From Octopus vulgaris (taxonomy: Eukaryota), in the NCBI GenBank assembly GCA_951406725.2, contig OX597814.1, forward strand, positions 192,324,001 to 192,388,000: a DNA stretch of 64,000 nucleotides, written 5' to 3'. Positions 46,901 to 57,200 of the stretch are shown here, one piece after another. The notes beneath the pieces were generated by a model. The model was not told where the DNA came from and searched no databases. It was given only the letters and a program-made list of their open reading frames with translations. Each line of letters begins with the position of its first letter. Position 1 is the stretch's first letter. The position numbers and the translations under genes are program-made.

Positions 46901-48382
46901 GTGCTGGATTAACCATTAAGCAAAATAAGCCTGTGCTTCAGGCATCAAGGGAAGGAGGGGGCACCACAAAAATGGTAAATGGTTTACAGCACAAAAGAAA
47001 TCACTTTAAAACTTGCTAAAATAATATTCAAAGATCGGAAATGTAATTTCAAAGCATTCATGGTGTCTTAGTGAGGATCTGATCAAAGACTTTACAATTG
47101 AAAAAAATAGTAGAAAAATTTTCAAATATAAATAAATTTGCGGTATACAAAAATAAACATTATTTTCTATTTTACTGTTAGCTTTTAGAGAGCAATGAGG
47201 GTGGGGTGGGGGAACATTCTAATTTCTAATTTTTTTTAAAGGCTTACCCCATCGCTTGCAAGTGTGTAGTGCAAAATAAAAAATAAAAAAAACTAAAATC
47301 TGTCTTTAAGGACCCCAGAGAAGGAGAGGGGGAAATAGATTTTCAACTTTTTTTTTTAATGAAAGCCCCTCCCCCTATCATTTGGAAGTGCGCGGTGTAA
47401 AAAAAAATTTAAAAACTCCCCTTATAACGAAACTCCGCTCGATTCTACTCTGACCGGGCTACTTTCACCTTTTTAACCAGCAAAAAATTATGAGTTAACG
47501 AGACAGGTGTTTAAAAATAGTAGCCAAATCTCCAAATCACACCTTTAAAAGACACATTAGACAATATGTTCCTGTGTATCCTGCACACAAAAACGGGTTA
47601 GTCACCATCGGAATGCTTTTCATTCACCAGAAAGGGGAAGGAGTCCACATCATCTCACTCAGGTTGACCAGTGCCCTCTGACAGGACCCTTCGCTTTGGT
47701 CCGGAGCTAAAACAATAACAAATTGAGTTCTGTCTTAGACACAAGACCACAACTCTTAATGGGAGTAAACAGCCAAATATATGAAAGCCCTGTACTTTCT
47801 TATTTCAACAACAGAAGGGTGAAAGGGCAAAGCTGACCTCGGTGGTGTTCGAATAAGAGGAGACGAGGCATTTTGTTCGACGCCCCTATTAGTTTTATCA
47901 GTCTACAACTCTCTTAACCAGCATAATATCGAAAGGAATGGTTGCAAAAGTGAACAATAATAATTATAATCCTTTCTATTACAGGCACAAAGCCTGAAGT
48001 TTTGGGGAGATGGGGGTTAGTCGATTACATTGACCCCCAAGACTCAACTGGTACGCGAAAGGTAAAGTTAACCCCAGCCGGGGTAAAGCCAGATATACTG
48101 CCGCTACATTTAGCTCGGCGTGCTAACCATTCTACCAGCTCTAATAACAATAATAATAATCCTTTCTGCTGCAGGCACAAGGGCTGAAATTTTGAGGGAG
48201 GGGGCAAGTCAATTACAAGGACCCCACTCCTCAATTGGTACTTAATTTATCCACCCCGAAAGAATGAAAGACAAAGTCAACCTCTGCCGGAATTTTAAAA
48301 ACAATAATAATAATAAGCTTACTTGTTGTTTTAAAGCATTCGCCAAAATAGTAGCACCGTCTAATTCTTCTGTGTCTGTCAT
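14884..48382 (-). CDS. HACL1: 2-hydroxyacyl-CoA lyase 1 (peroxisomal, TPP-dependent), complete, 18 coding exons, about 573 aa
   Basis: 18 exons with consistent phases. Motifs [59 protein letters not shown]-binding VEGDSA..NNNG, and C-terminal SKL. Confidence 0.97.
15335..15880. mobile_element. Foldback (Penelope-like) element with hammerhead motif; SINE inserted at 15574-15811
   Basis: Inverted arms 15335-15450 vs 15511-15573 plus 15812-15880; TSD tatatagccc flanks the SINE. Confidence 0.7.
15984..16170 (-). CDS. HACL1: HACL1 exon 17
   Basis: [23 protein letters not shown]...[14 protein letters not shown]. Confidence 0.95.
17206..17310 (-). CDS. HACL1: HACL1 exon 16
   Basis: [34 protein letters not shown]. 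Confidence 0.95.
17917..18131. mobile_element. Tc1/mariner-type MITE
   Basis: TIR CAGGG(A)TGGCCCAAAAGTAGGTTTACAGTTA, TA flanks. Confidence 0.85.
19835..19993 (-). CDS. HACL1: HACL1 exon 15
   Basis: [22 protein letters not shown]...[20 protein letters not shown]. Confidence 0.96.
21025..21128 (-). CDS. HACL1: HACL1 exon 14
   Basis: [34 protein letters not shown]. Confidence 0.95.
23151..23204 (-). CDS. HACL1: HACL1 exon 13
   Basis: [18 protein letters not shown]. Confidence 0.92.
24396..24503 (-). CDS. HACL1: HACL1 exon 12
   Basis: [36 protein letters not shown]. Confidence 0.9.
24927..25010 (-). CDS. HACL1: HACL1 exon 11
   Basis: [28 protein letters not shown]. Confidence 0.95.
25125..25230 (-). 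CDS. HACL1: HACL1 exon 10
   Basis: [35 protein letters not shown]. Confidence 0.95.
25675..26355 (+). mobile_element. RTE-clade LINE 3' fragment with a 122-bp internal tandem duplication
   Basis: [36 protein letters not shown] remnant, ending in a (GAT)n tail. Confidence 0.75.
26360..26830. repeat. Compound (CA)n/(TA)n microsatellite with a ~36-bp higher-order unit
   Basis: Recurrent catatatatacacatatgtatatacacacac. Confidence 0.95.
26872..27007 (-). CDS. HACL1: HACL1 exon 9
   Basis: [44 protein letters not shown]. Confidence 0.95.
27995..28107 (-). CDS. HACL1: HACL1 exon 8
   Basis: [37 protein letters not shown]. Confidence 0.93.
28725..29655. repeat. Degenerate ~33-bp tandem repeat (approx. 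TGTGGTACCTACTTACAGCAGGGAATTATACCAC)
   Basis: Recurrent GGTACC/GATACC..TTACAG..GGA(A/T)TTATAC units, interrupted by the U2 insertion. Confidence 0.65.
28799..28978 (+). pseudogene. U2: U2 snRNA copy (probable retrocopy), near full length, 5' end truncated
   Basis: GCCTTTTGGCTAAGATCAAAGTGTAGTATCTGTTCTTATCAG (stem I and branch-pairing region), stems IIa/IIb, Sm-like ATTTTTAG, stem III, stem IV loop TATTGCAGT. Lacks the 5' ATCGCTTCT. Confidence 0.9.
29898..29992 (-). CDS. HACL1: HACL1 exon 7
   Basis: [31 protein letters not shown]. Confidence 0.95.
31388..31465 (-). CDS. HACL1: HACL1 exon 6
   Basis: [26 protein letters not shown]. Confidence 0.95.
32366..32616 (-). mobile_element. tRNA-headed SINE-like element with Penelope-like tail containing a minimal hammerhead motif
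   Basis: A-box TGGCATAGTGG and B-box-like GAGTTCAATTC head; GACAC-CTGATGA-A-GGCTG..CAGCC-GAAAC-GTT-GTGTT at 32444-32489. Confidence 0.7.
32975..33047 (-). CDS. HACL1: HACL1 exon 5
   Basis: [24 protein letters not shown]. Confidence 0.95.
33683..33763 (-). CDS. HACL1: HACL1 exon 4
   Basis: [26 protein letters not shown]. Confidence 0.95.
33956..34256. mobile_element. Foldback element with ~100-bp inverted arms (same family as 52465-52766)
   Basis: tctggggagagtcattttc...caccggtaaaatttccac vs its reverse complement. Confidence 0.8.
35890..36272 (+). mobile_element. Helitron/HINE-like non-autonomous element (ACTAG...TATATAGAGA); related copies at about 11560-11905(-), 20035-20400, 39470-40348, 41440-41825, 46143-46465, 53127-53520, 59322-59848
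   Basis: Shared 5' ACTAGCAGTATCGCCCGGCGTTGCT, (CA)/(GACA) run near the 3' end, terminal TTTATATATAGAGA. Superfamily assignment is inferred. Confidence 0.6.
37708..38142 (+). mobile_element. tRNA-derived SINE family B; other copies at about 2730-2917, 14168-14547(-), 17557-17882, 20708-21005, 28318-28560(-), 31818-32000, 40974-41375(-), 55283-55685(-)
   Basis: Head GGAGTGGCTGTGTGGTAAG..GGTTCAGTCCC, internal (TA/TG)n, tail GGTGCTCCAGCATGGC..GACTGAAACAAGTAAAAGAG. Confidence 0.85.
38800..38840 (-). CDS. HACL1: HACL1 exon 3
   Basis: [13 protein letters not shown]. Confidence 0.92.
41930..42215 (+). mobile_element. Mariner transposase C-terminal remnant
   Basis: [23 protein letters not shown] resembles the YSPDLAP-D motif; ends [11 protein letters not shown]. 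Confidence 0.8.
43125..43229 (-). CDS. HACL1: HACL1 exon 2
   Basis: [35 protein letters not shown]. Confidence 0.95.
43648..43868. mobile_element. Foldback element (second copy at about 58206-58475)
   Basis: aggtgtttataagccatttaagaaacacacaaaaacc..tttgtcaaaatattt vs its reverse complement. Confidence 0.78.
44870..45380 (+). mobile_element. RTE-tail SINE-like family C with variable internal ~60-bp tandem units and (GAT)n tail; many copies across the window (e.g. 2918-3500, 4113-4500, 7630-7905, 13348-13790, 18312-18605, 18790-19110, 23914-24270, 39550-40040)
   Basis: Shared GGAGTGGTTGGCGTTAGGAAGGGCATCCAGCTGTAGAAAC...CCCATGCTAGCATGGAAAGCGGACGTTAAACGATGATG. Confidence 0.8.
48323..48382 (-). CDS. 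HACL1: HACL1 exon 1
   Basis: [20 protein letters not shown], gtaag donor. Confidence 0.9.
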
Positions 48383-48784
48383 TTTAATAACTTGGAAACT
48401 CTCGAAGTTCTGTTTTTAAGCACGCATAACAAGGGGCGAAGTTCAGGTCGACTTCAGCACAACAACTGACAGTCGAAGCACTTGGCTTAATTATAAATTA
48501 TTTAGTCGACTGAATATTGTTCCGGTCGGATTATTTAGTCTAATGTTCTATGCGTCTCATACTTTTGTTCCTTTGTTTTTCTCTTACATTTTTTTAATAT
48601 TTAATAACTGTTTGTAAATAGTAAGCTTAACAGTGTGTTTAAGGAGGTCACTTAACAACCATGTGGTTTTTTTGTTCACTCCCAATGTGCAAAACTTTGG
48701 GAAAGTGGTTTCTGCTATAGCCTAGGGTTGGCCAATGTCTTGTGGGTGAATTTGGTAGACGGAAAGTGTGGGGAAGTCCATTGT

Positions 48785-48963
<179 letters not shown>

Positions 48964-49049
48964 TCCTCTAAGATCGTTTACGGGAAACGTTTTTGAATAT
49001 GTATATAAAAGCTCCTATTTTATTTTGCCGGGTACAACCTAATGATACC

Positions 49050-51103
49050 TGTTGTTGTTATATATATATATTGTATTGAGTATTAAAGGAAGTAGTGAGT
49101 ACTTAGTATGAAAGATTAAGAAAATGAGAGAGACTGAAACAACGTGTTAACGATACAAGATACTTTATTCGACTGCCGTTGTTGTACAAGTTAATTGTTT
49201 TGGCGGGAAACAAAGTGAAAGTCCTTTTATCAAGGGAGACAATGGGCGACGTTGATTGTTCATGTTTGTTGTGATGATTATATAACATCTTCCTTTTTTT
49301 TATTATTTTTTTTTTTATTTATATCATCTGTATCTACAGGGAATAATTATTCGTCGTCCACTTTTTGTGGTTTTATTATTTTGTAGTGTTGAATTCTGTA
49401 GTTGTGCTGTTTTTGTTTTTTCATGCGTGTTTGTTGACTTTGGAAATATATTTTCATAATCTAATTCTTCTGTTATGCGAACGTGTTCGTTTGTTTTAAG
49501 AATATGTTGTCTATTTCGTTTGACTGTATTACCTTCCTCTGTTATTACTAAGTATGAACGAGGTTGCTCTAGTTTTTTTAATTATTTTGCCCCTTCTAAA
49601 CCAATTGTTGTTAAACTTAATTCTAACCGTGTCGTGTGGTTTTAACTCTGGGAGTTCTGTTGTAATGTTTGATTTCTTCTTTTCGTGAGGCCTGATACCA
49701 ATTTTGTCGTGTAGTATGTTTGGGAGATTTGTTCGCAATGTTCTATTCATTATTTGATTTGCAGGGGATGGTGCACCATTTTGTAATTTAGTCGTGCGTA
49801 ATGCTAAGAGCGCTAACTGAGGTTCTTCGTCACTTTTGAATGCCTTTTTTAGCGTCTTTTGGATGCGGTAAATTTTCCATTTCGTCTTTGAAGTATGATT
49901 TCAACTTCTTTTTTCCTTTGGTTTCTGTATTTTGGGTTCTTTTAGTATTCTGACACCATGTTGTTGTTATATATATATATTGTATTGAGTATTAAAGGAA
50001 GTAGTGAGTACTTAGTATGAAAGATTAAGAAAATGAGAGAGACTGAAACAACGTGTTAACGATACAAGATACTTTATTCGACTGCCGTTGTTGTACAAGT
50101 TAATTGTTTTGGCGGGAAACAAAGTGAAAGTCCTTTTATCAAGGGAGACAATGGGCGACGTTGATTGTTCATGTTTGTTGTGATGATTATATAACATCTT
50201 CCTTTTTTTATTATTTTTTTTTTATTTATATCATCTGTATCTACAGGGAATAATTATTCGTCGTCCACTTTTTGTGGTTTTATTATTTTGTAGTGTTGAA
50301 TTCTGTAGTTGTGCTGTTTTTGTTTTTTCATGCGTGTTTGTTGACTTTGGAAATATATTTTCATAATCTAATTCTTCTGTTATGCGAACGTGTTCGTTTG
50401 TTTTAAGAATATGTTGTCTATTTCGTTTGACTGTATTACCTTCCTCTGTTATTACTAAGTATGAACGAGGTTGCTCTAGTTTTTTTAATTATTTTGCCCC
50501 TTCTAAACCAATTGTTGTTAAACTTAATTCTAACCGTGTCGTGTGGTTTTAACTCTGGGAGTTCTGTTGTAATGTTTGATTTCTTCTTTTCGTGAGGCCT
50601 GATACCAATTTTGTCGTGTAGTATGTTTGGGAGATTTGTTCGCAATGTTCTATTCATTATTTGATTTGCAGGGGATGGTGCACCATTTTGTAATTTAGTC
50701 GTGCGTAATGCTAAGAGCGCTAACTGAGGTTCTTCGTCACTTTTGAATGCCTTTTTTAGCGTCTTTTGGATGCGGTAAATTTTCCATTTCGTCTTTGAAG
50801 TATGATTTCAACTTCTTTTTTCCTTTGGTTTCTGTATTTTGGGTTCTTTTAGTATTCTGACACCATGTTGTTGTTATATATATATATTGTATTGAGTATT
50901 AAAGGAAGTAGTGAGTACTTAGTATGAAAGATTAAGAAAATGAGAGAGACTGAAACAACGTGTTAACGATACAAGATACTTTATTCGACTGCCGTTGTTG
51001 TACAAGTTAATTGTTTTGGCGGGAAACAAAGTGAAAGTCCTTTTATCAAGGGAGACAATGGGCGACGTTGATTGTTCATGTTTGTTGTGATGATTATATA
51101 ACA
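49050..51103 (-). mobile_element. Tandem LTR-int-LTR-int-LTR non-autonomous Gypsy-derived (TRIM-like) element
   Basis: Three 238-bp TG..CA LTRs (49050-49287, 49959-50196, 50866-51103), PBS TGGTGTCAGAA, PPT AAAAAAGGAAGA, TSD ATACC at 49045-49049 and 51104-51108, and integrase C-terminal remnant ALLALRTT..SPANQIMNRTLRTNLP..LPELKPHDTVRI..PRSYLV. Confidence 0.93.
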
Positions 51104-51348
51104 ATACCAACTAGCAATAACAGTTTTTGCGGGGTTGTATCGAGCTGTGCTAATATAATGTAGGATAGATATAGTAATAATAATAGATATAGTAATAATA
51201 ATAATAATAATAACAATGATAATATTTTAACGCATCGCTACGCGTGTTTCTATAAATCACACGTTTCTTATGATCATAGTCCTAAGAAACGTGATTTGTG
51301 GGAATGCGCGTAGCGATGCATTAAAACATTTATAAATTCCATCCATGA

Positions 51349-51411
<63 letters not shown>

Positions 51412-52346
51412 GGCGTTAGGAAGGGCATCCAGCTGTAGAAACTCTGCCGAATCAAGACTGGAGCCTGGTGCAACCATCTGGTTTGCCAGCCCTCAGTCAA
51501 AATCGTCCAACCCATGCTAGCATGGAAAGCGGACGTTAAACGATGATTATTATTATTATTATTATTACTATATATATATAAACACACACATATACTTACA
51601 TACACACATGGGTGCTACTTTGGTGTGTGATATACAAGGAAGATTACTTTAGGTTACCTTATTTTGTACGTATTTAGCACTGTAAATGTTTTTTTTTCAA
51701 ACTTCTTACTATTTTGATAAGAAAACTATATAATAATTAAAATACGTGCTTGGGTCACCTACCAAAGTAAATTTGCTCACGTAGATCACACGGAAAGTAG
51801 CATTAACACAAAGTAAACTAAAAAGTAACCTAAAGTAATCTCCCTTGAAGAGATCACACACCAAAGTAGTACCCACACATGTATATATGTATATTTGTGT
51901 GTATGTGTGCGTGCTGTGTGTCCGTAGAGGTTCGGACAAAAACGCTCAACAGAGTAAGTACCAGATTAAAAACCCTCACTTGGCCGCTGTCGAAGAACTA
52001 AAGCAAGTACAACATAAAAGTAGGTAAAATGTTTCCGAAATATTATTCATTCATTATATTTATAAAGGAGTATCTGTAACTCGTTACAAAACCAACATTA
52101 CAAAGGGTTTTTCGAATAGCACCCGATAGACACACGCTCACATACATACATACATACATACATACATACATACATACATACATACATACATACATACATA
52201 CATACATACATTCTACCAATATACAAAGTTTGAAAGTGTTTAATTACAAAAAAATATTTTTTAAATCTGTAGGTCAAAAGGTAAAGATCCCATTACTCAT
52301 GTAGTAATGTACTCTACGAGTACAGCCTGCATTAGAAAAAAAGGTT

Positions 52347-52875
52347 ACAGTAATCCCTCGACTACCGCGAGAGTTACGTTCCCCCCGCGATAAGTGAAAA
52401 TCCGCGAAGTATACACAGTATTGCACTATATATATATTTTTATTATCTTTATAATTTGTATATAGTTCGTTTTCGGATTTGGTTTGCAAGATTCTTTATA
52501 TGAGTTAATGTGTTGAAGCATATTCTGCTATGTCTGGGGAGAGTCATTTTCTTTTTGTGCCTTATGATGTAACACACTCACCGGTAAAATTTCCACTTAT
52601 TTCTCATTTTTATTTTCCTAAAATTTTCGTTGCGTCTTGCAACCTTTTCAATAGTCTTGACTATTTTAGGAAAATAAAAATAAGAAATAAGTGGAAATTT
52701 TACCGGTGAGTGTGTTACATTATAAGGCACAAAAAGAAAATGACTCTCCCCAGACACAACAGAATATTGTATATAGTTATTTTATTATAAATGCAAAGCA
52801 ACACCTAGGAGGAATCGACATAAGGTTAAAAAATAAATTGCGATAGGTGAACCACGATATAGTGAGGGATTCTTG
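52347..52875. mobile_element. Tigger/pogo-like MITE (contains nested foldback)
   Basis: ta-CAGTAATCCCTCGACTA ... TATAGTGAGGGATTCTTG-ta. Confidence 0.7.
52465..52766. mobile_element. Foldback element nested in a Tigger-like MITE
   Basis: Same arms as the 33956 copy; direct repeat ttgtatat(agtt) at both flanks. Confidence 0.8.
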
Positions 52876-53581
52876 TAGTTATAATCGAAATTCATTTGAT
52901 GACATGTGTACCCAAACAGGGTTGATCTGGGGGGTTTAACAAAAACAACAATAAGAGAAGAAATTAGTCTTTCCTTCGTTTTGGTCCCAAACTCTTTCAG
53001 AGTATCTCAAATATAATCAAATATATTGTTTGTGATAGAATAGAAAACTGATTTTGTTTTTGTGTTGCGCCCTTAATACATAAAAAAGAAAGACAGAAAA
53101 TTGAAACAGCAATTGTTTATTCTACACTAGCAGTATAGCCCGGCGTTGCTCAGTTTTGTTTCGACCCTTTAGAATTGGAATTTTTGAAAAGTAAAAATTT
53201 TGCATTATGCAGCTTGTTATTCTCTTTAAGTGAACATTTTTCTCGTTGAAATAAACCGAAAAATGGCGACACAGCAGGCAAAAAATCGTAAAAAAAAAGG
53301 GATTTTCATAGAAAAAAGCACCTTTTTGATGTAAATAATTTTTGCTGTTAACATGGTCCGATTTGAATTTTTTCTTCTACGGAAGGAAGAGCAAGCCTTC
53401 TTCTATCATATTCTCAATTTTGGTCAACTTGCGCCGCAGGGTCTCGGGGGAGATAGTGTTAGTTGAAGGCTACCAAACCTGCCATACACAGACAACTTCA
53501 GCTTTATATATAGAGAGATACACGCGAGCATGCGCGCGCGGACGCACACACACGTACAAGCAATGGATGTTCGGAATGTAC

Positions 53582-54246
53582 CTATTTTACACCGTGTCTC
53601 TTCAATTTCGAAAACAAGCTGCTAAAACTGAATTGTTTTCTATGGTTGTTCGATATATCAGAGAATGTTATCCTCGTCGGAGGGCGATCTGCAAACGTTA
53701 CTCTTTTACGAGAACGTTCTGGGGTCTTATTATCAAGAGTTACAGTTCTTGGAACACAGTTTTCCAAAGCTACACTTTTCCGGTGACGATTTCCAAATAA
53801 CTTTCCCTTATGCTTTGCAAACATTGAACTCTCTTGCGTACAATTTTCAAACGTTATTGCTTTCGGCGTATGTTTTTCAAATTTTAATGTTTCAGGAGGA
53901 AGGTTTTCAGTTACTGATGTGCTTGAAACACGATGCTTAATCACTCTTGATGCTGAAGAACTTTCAGACGTTGTTTTAAACGAAGAACATTTTTCTTGTT
54001 TCAGACTATTTGAAGGACGTTTTTCAAGTTTTACATTCGAAGGAGGTTTTCCTGGTTTTCCTACGCCCGAAGGACGTTTCCCCTGGGTTACTTTTTTCGT
54101 AGGACGATTGCTCACTGGTGCAGATTTCGCATGACTAGGAGATTTAGTTTCTTTTGTATTTTTATTTTCCAGGTCGGTAGATAATTGTAACCTGAATCTA
54201 AAACGGCTTCGATTCAGCCACCACATATCCCGTTGGACATCATAGC
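53582..54246 (-). CDS. Ankyrin gene last coding exon
   Basis: Acceptor at 54247-54248, in frame with the 214-aa ORF 53582..54226. Confidence 0.82.
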
Positions 54247-57200
54247 CTGTAAAGAAAATTTATAGTTTAATATATATATATACATCAATATGTATGTTTG
54301 CGTATGTACTTACATGTAGTGTGTCAGTATGTGTGTGTGTGTGTTTGTATTTGAGTACATCTACATATATATAGTTTATCGAAACTGAATTTGTATCTCC
54401 GGATTTGAGTTTCAGGTCACAGCAATCTTCAAATAAGAATTCTCGCCTGAAGATCGTAGTAGCATGAAACTCGAATGGTGAAACAAAAATTCAGTTTCAG
54501 TTGACCATTTACTCTTCCACATATATGGAACACTCCTTTCTCATTCGTTCCACACACGTCAACATACGTGTGTGTGTGTGTGTGTGTGAGTGTGTGTGTG
54601 TGTGAGTGTGTGTGTGTGTGTCCATTTATGTATCATACTTAATGTATATATAAACTGTTGGCATACATGTATATAGTATTTCTCTCTGTTACACACACTC
54701 CCTATATCTTACTTTTCTGTCTGTCCTCTTCTCCTCTTTCCTCTCACACTCCCTTACATATAGAAATACATACACATGCGCTCATATATTCACGCCGAAA
54801 GATATGTTCCCAAACACACTTATACAAAGCCAAACAACACATGCTTAACATACATATATTAACCGTGTCATAGGTACAAGTACATTCCTAATACATCACT
54901 ATATTTACCAGCTTTAACCAAACGTTTGGCAATGTCCTTATCTGGTAATAATTCACTATGAATGGCAGCGTACAGAGCACTGTGGCCGTTTAGGTCAATG
55001 ACTTCCAAGTTGCAGTTACTTTCGATAAGGAACTCCGCTGTATTAATACTTCCTTCCCAAAGACTAACAAGAAGTGCCGTCTGGCCACAGTTATTTCGTA
55101 TTTCAGCATCAGCTCCTGCAAGAAGACAAAAGGTAATATGAAGAATGTTGAATAAAATAAAGAAAATTAGTATCTACTTATCTTCACATAGTATAGAAAT
55201 ATTTTGGGTAAAGTATTTTAAAAAACTTTTGCTTCTTTCAAGTTTCATAACTCGCTCTCGAGTGCTGTGAGTTATCCCCCCCTTTACTCTTTTACTCGTT
55301 TCAGGCATTTGACTGTGGCCATGCTGGAGCACCGCCTTTAATCGAGCAAATCGACCCCAGGACTTATTCTTTGTAAGCCAGGTACTTATTATATCGGACT
55401 CTTTTTGCCGAACAGCTAAGTTACGGGGACGTAAACACACCAGCTTCGGTTGTCAAGTAATGTTGGGGTACAAACACAGACACACAAACACACACACACA
55501 CACATACATATATATACATATACGACAGGCTTCTTCCAGTTTCCGTCTACCAAATCCACTCACAAGGCTTTGGTCGGCCCGAGGCTATAGTAGAAGACAC
55601 TTGCCCAAGGTTCCACGCAGTGGGACTGAACCCGGAACCAAGTGGTTGGTAAGAAAGCTACTTACCACACAGCCACTCCTGTGCCTTATATAAACGTAAG
55701 ATCATGCCACCGGCGCCTTATTGTTTAGAAACTTCAAGCAGTAGTATCGGTTGGAAGAAGAAAGAGCAAAGAAAATCCGAGATGAAGCAATATCAGATGC
55801 CTATGTTTAATATGTGTGGTTCTGGTTGGGTGAAGGTGACGTTTCTTAGTTGTGTAATAATTCTTTTTCAAAGTATCTGCATTTCTTAAATATCTCTCAC
55901 TTTGTGTTTAAATAGAGGTTTTGTTTATGAAGCTTTCAGGAGATCTTAATCTCGTCTGTTGTGCATAGGTAACACTTTTTGCATTCAATTTAGATATAAA
56001 GGGGTAGCACCGACAATGGCAGCGTGGATATATGTGATCGTATAGGATTATATATTTTAGATATGCTTGCTAGAAGTTCACTAGTATATATTTTGGTCTA
56101 TATAAAGATGACAGGTCAGTATAACTAAAAGCATTATTGACCATATTTTGAACAAATTAAAGAAGGACATTACCCACACATTCTGGGTTATCCATCTGAC
56201 AATAATTGTAGCCACTAGCCGCGCTACTGTTGACTTCCTTATTTTTTATTTCTTTATTACCCACAAGGGGCTAAGCACAGAGAGGACAAACAAGGACAGA
56301 CAAACGGATTAAGTCGATTACATCGACCCCAGTGCGTAACTGGTTCCTAATTTATCGACCCCGAAAGGATAAAAGGCAAAGTCGACTTCGGCGGAATTTG
56401 AACTCAGAACGTAACGGCAGACGAAATACCTATTTCTTTACTACCCACAAGGGGCTAAACACAGAGAAGACAAACAAGGACAGACAAACGGATTAAGTCG
56501 ATTACATCGACCCCAGTGCGTAACTGGTACTTAATTTATCGACCTCAAAAGGATGAAAGGCAAAGTCGACCTCGGCGGAATTTGAACTCAGAACGTAGCG
56601 GCAGGCGAAATACCTATTTCTTTACTGCCCACAAGGGGCTAAACATAGAAGGGACAAACAAGGACAGACAAAGGGATTAAGTCGATTATATCAACCCCAG
56701 TGCGTAACTGGTACTTAATCTATCGACCCCGAAAGGATGAAAGGCAAAGTCGACCTCGGCGGAATTTGAACTCAGAACGTAGCGACAGACGAAATACGGC
56801 TTCGCACTTCGCCCGGCGGGCTAACGTTTCTGCCAGCTCGCCGCCCTACTGTTGACTTCCTTGATGCTATACTAGTTTTTAACAGTTAACTTATACACAC
56901 CTCCCATGAAACGAAATGAAAGCTATCTCATATAAACGTATGACCATGCCACCCGTCTCACACTGTTTAGAAACCTCTTGTACATCATTAGCAACAGGAT
57001 CTCTAATGAGTCCATTATTTTATTTATGCCCTTTTCAAGCCCTCATGGGCCAGGTTTCCCGGTTATTATGGCATATGTGTTCCCCCCAGCTAGACGAGAC
57101 GCCAGTCCATCGCAGCGTTACTCAAGAAACAAGAAGACAGAGTGAGAGAAAGTTGGGGTGAAAGAGTACAACAGGGTTCGCCACCACCCTCTGCTGGAGC

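Noticed and set aside
48383-48560. HACL1 core promoter motifs (repeated GTCGAC, TTATTTAGTC)
   Set aside because: A CpG-enriched patch is consistent with a promoter, but no specific element or start site can be supported from sequence alone.
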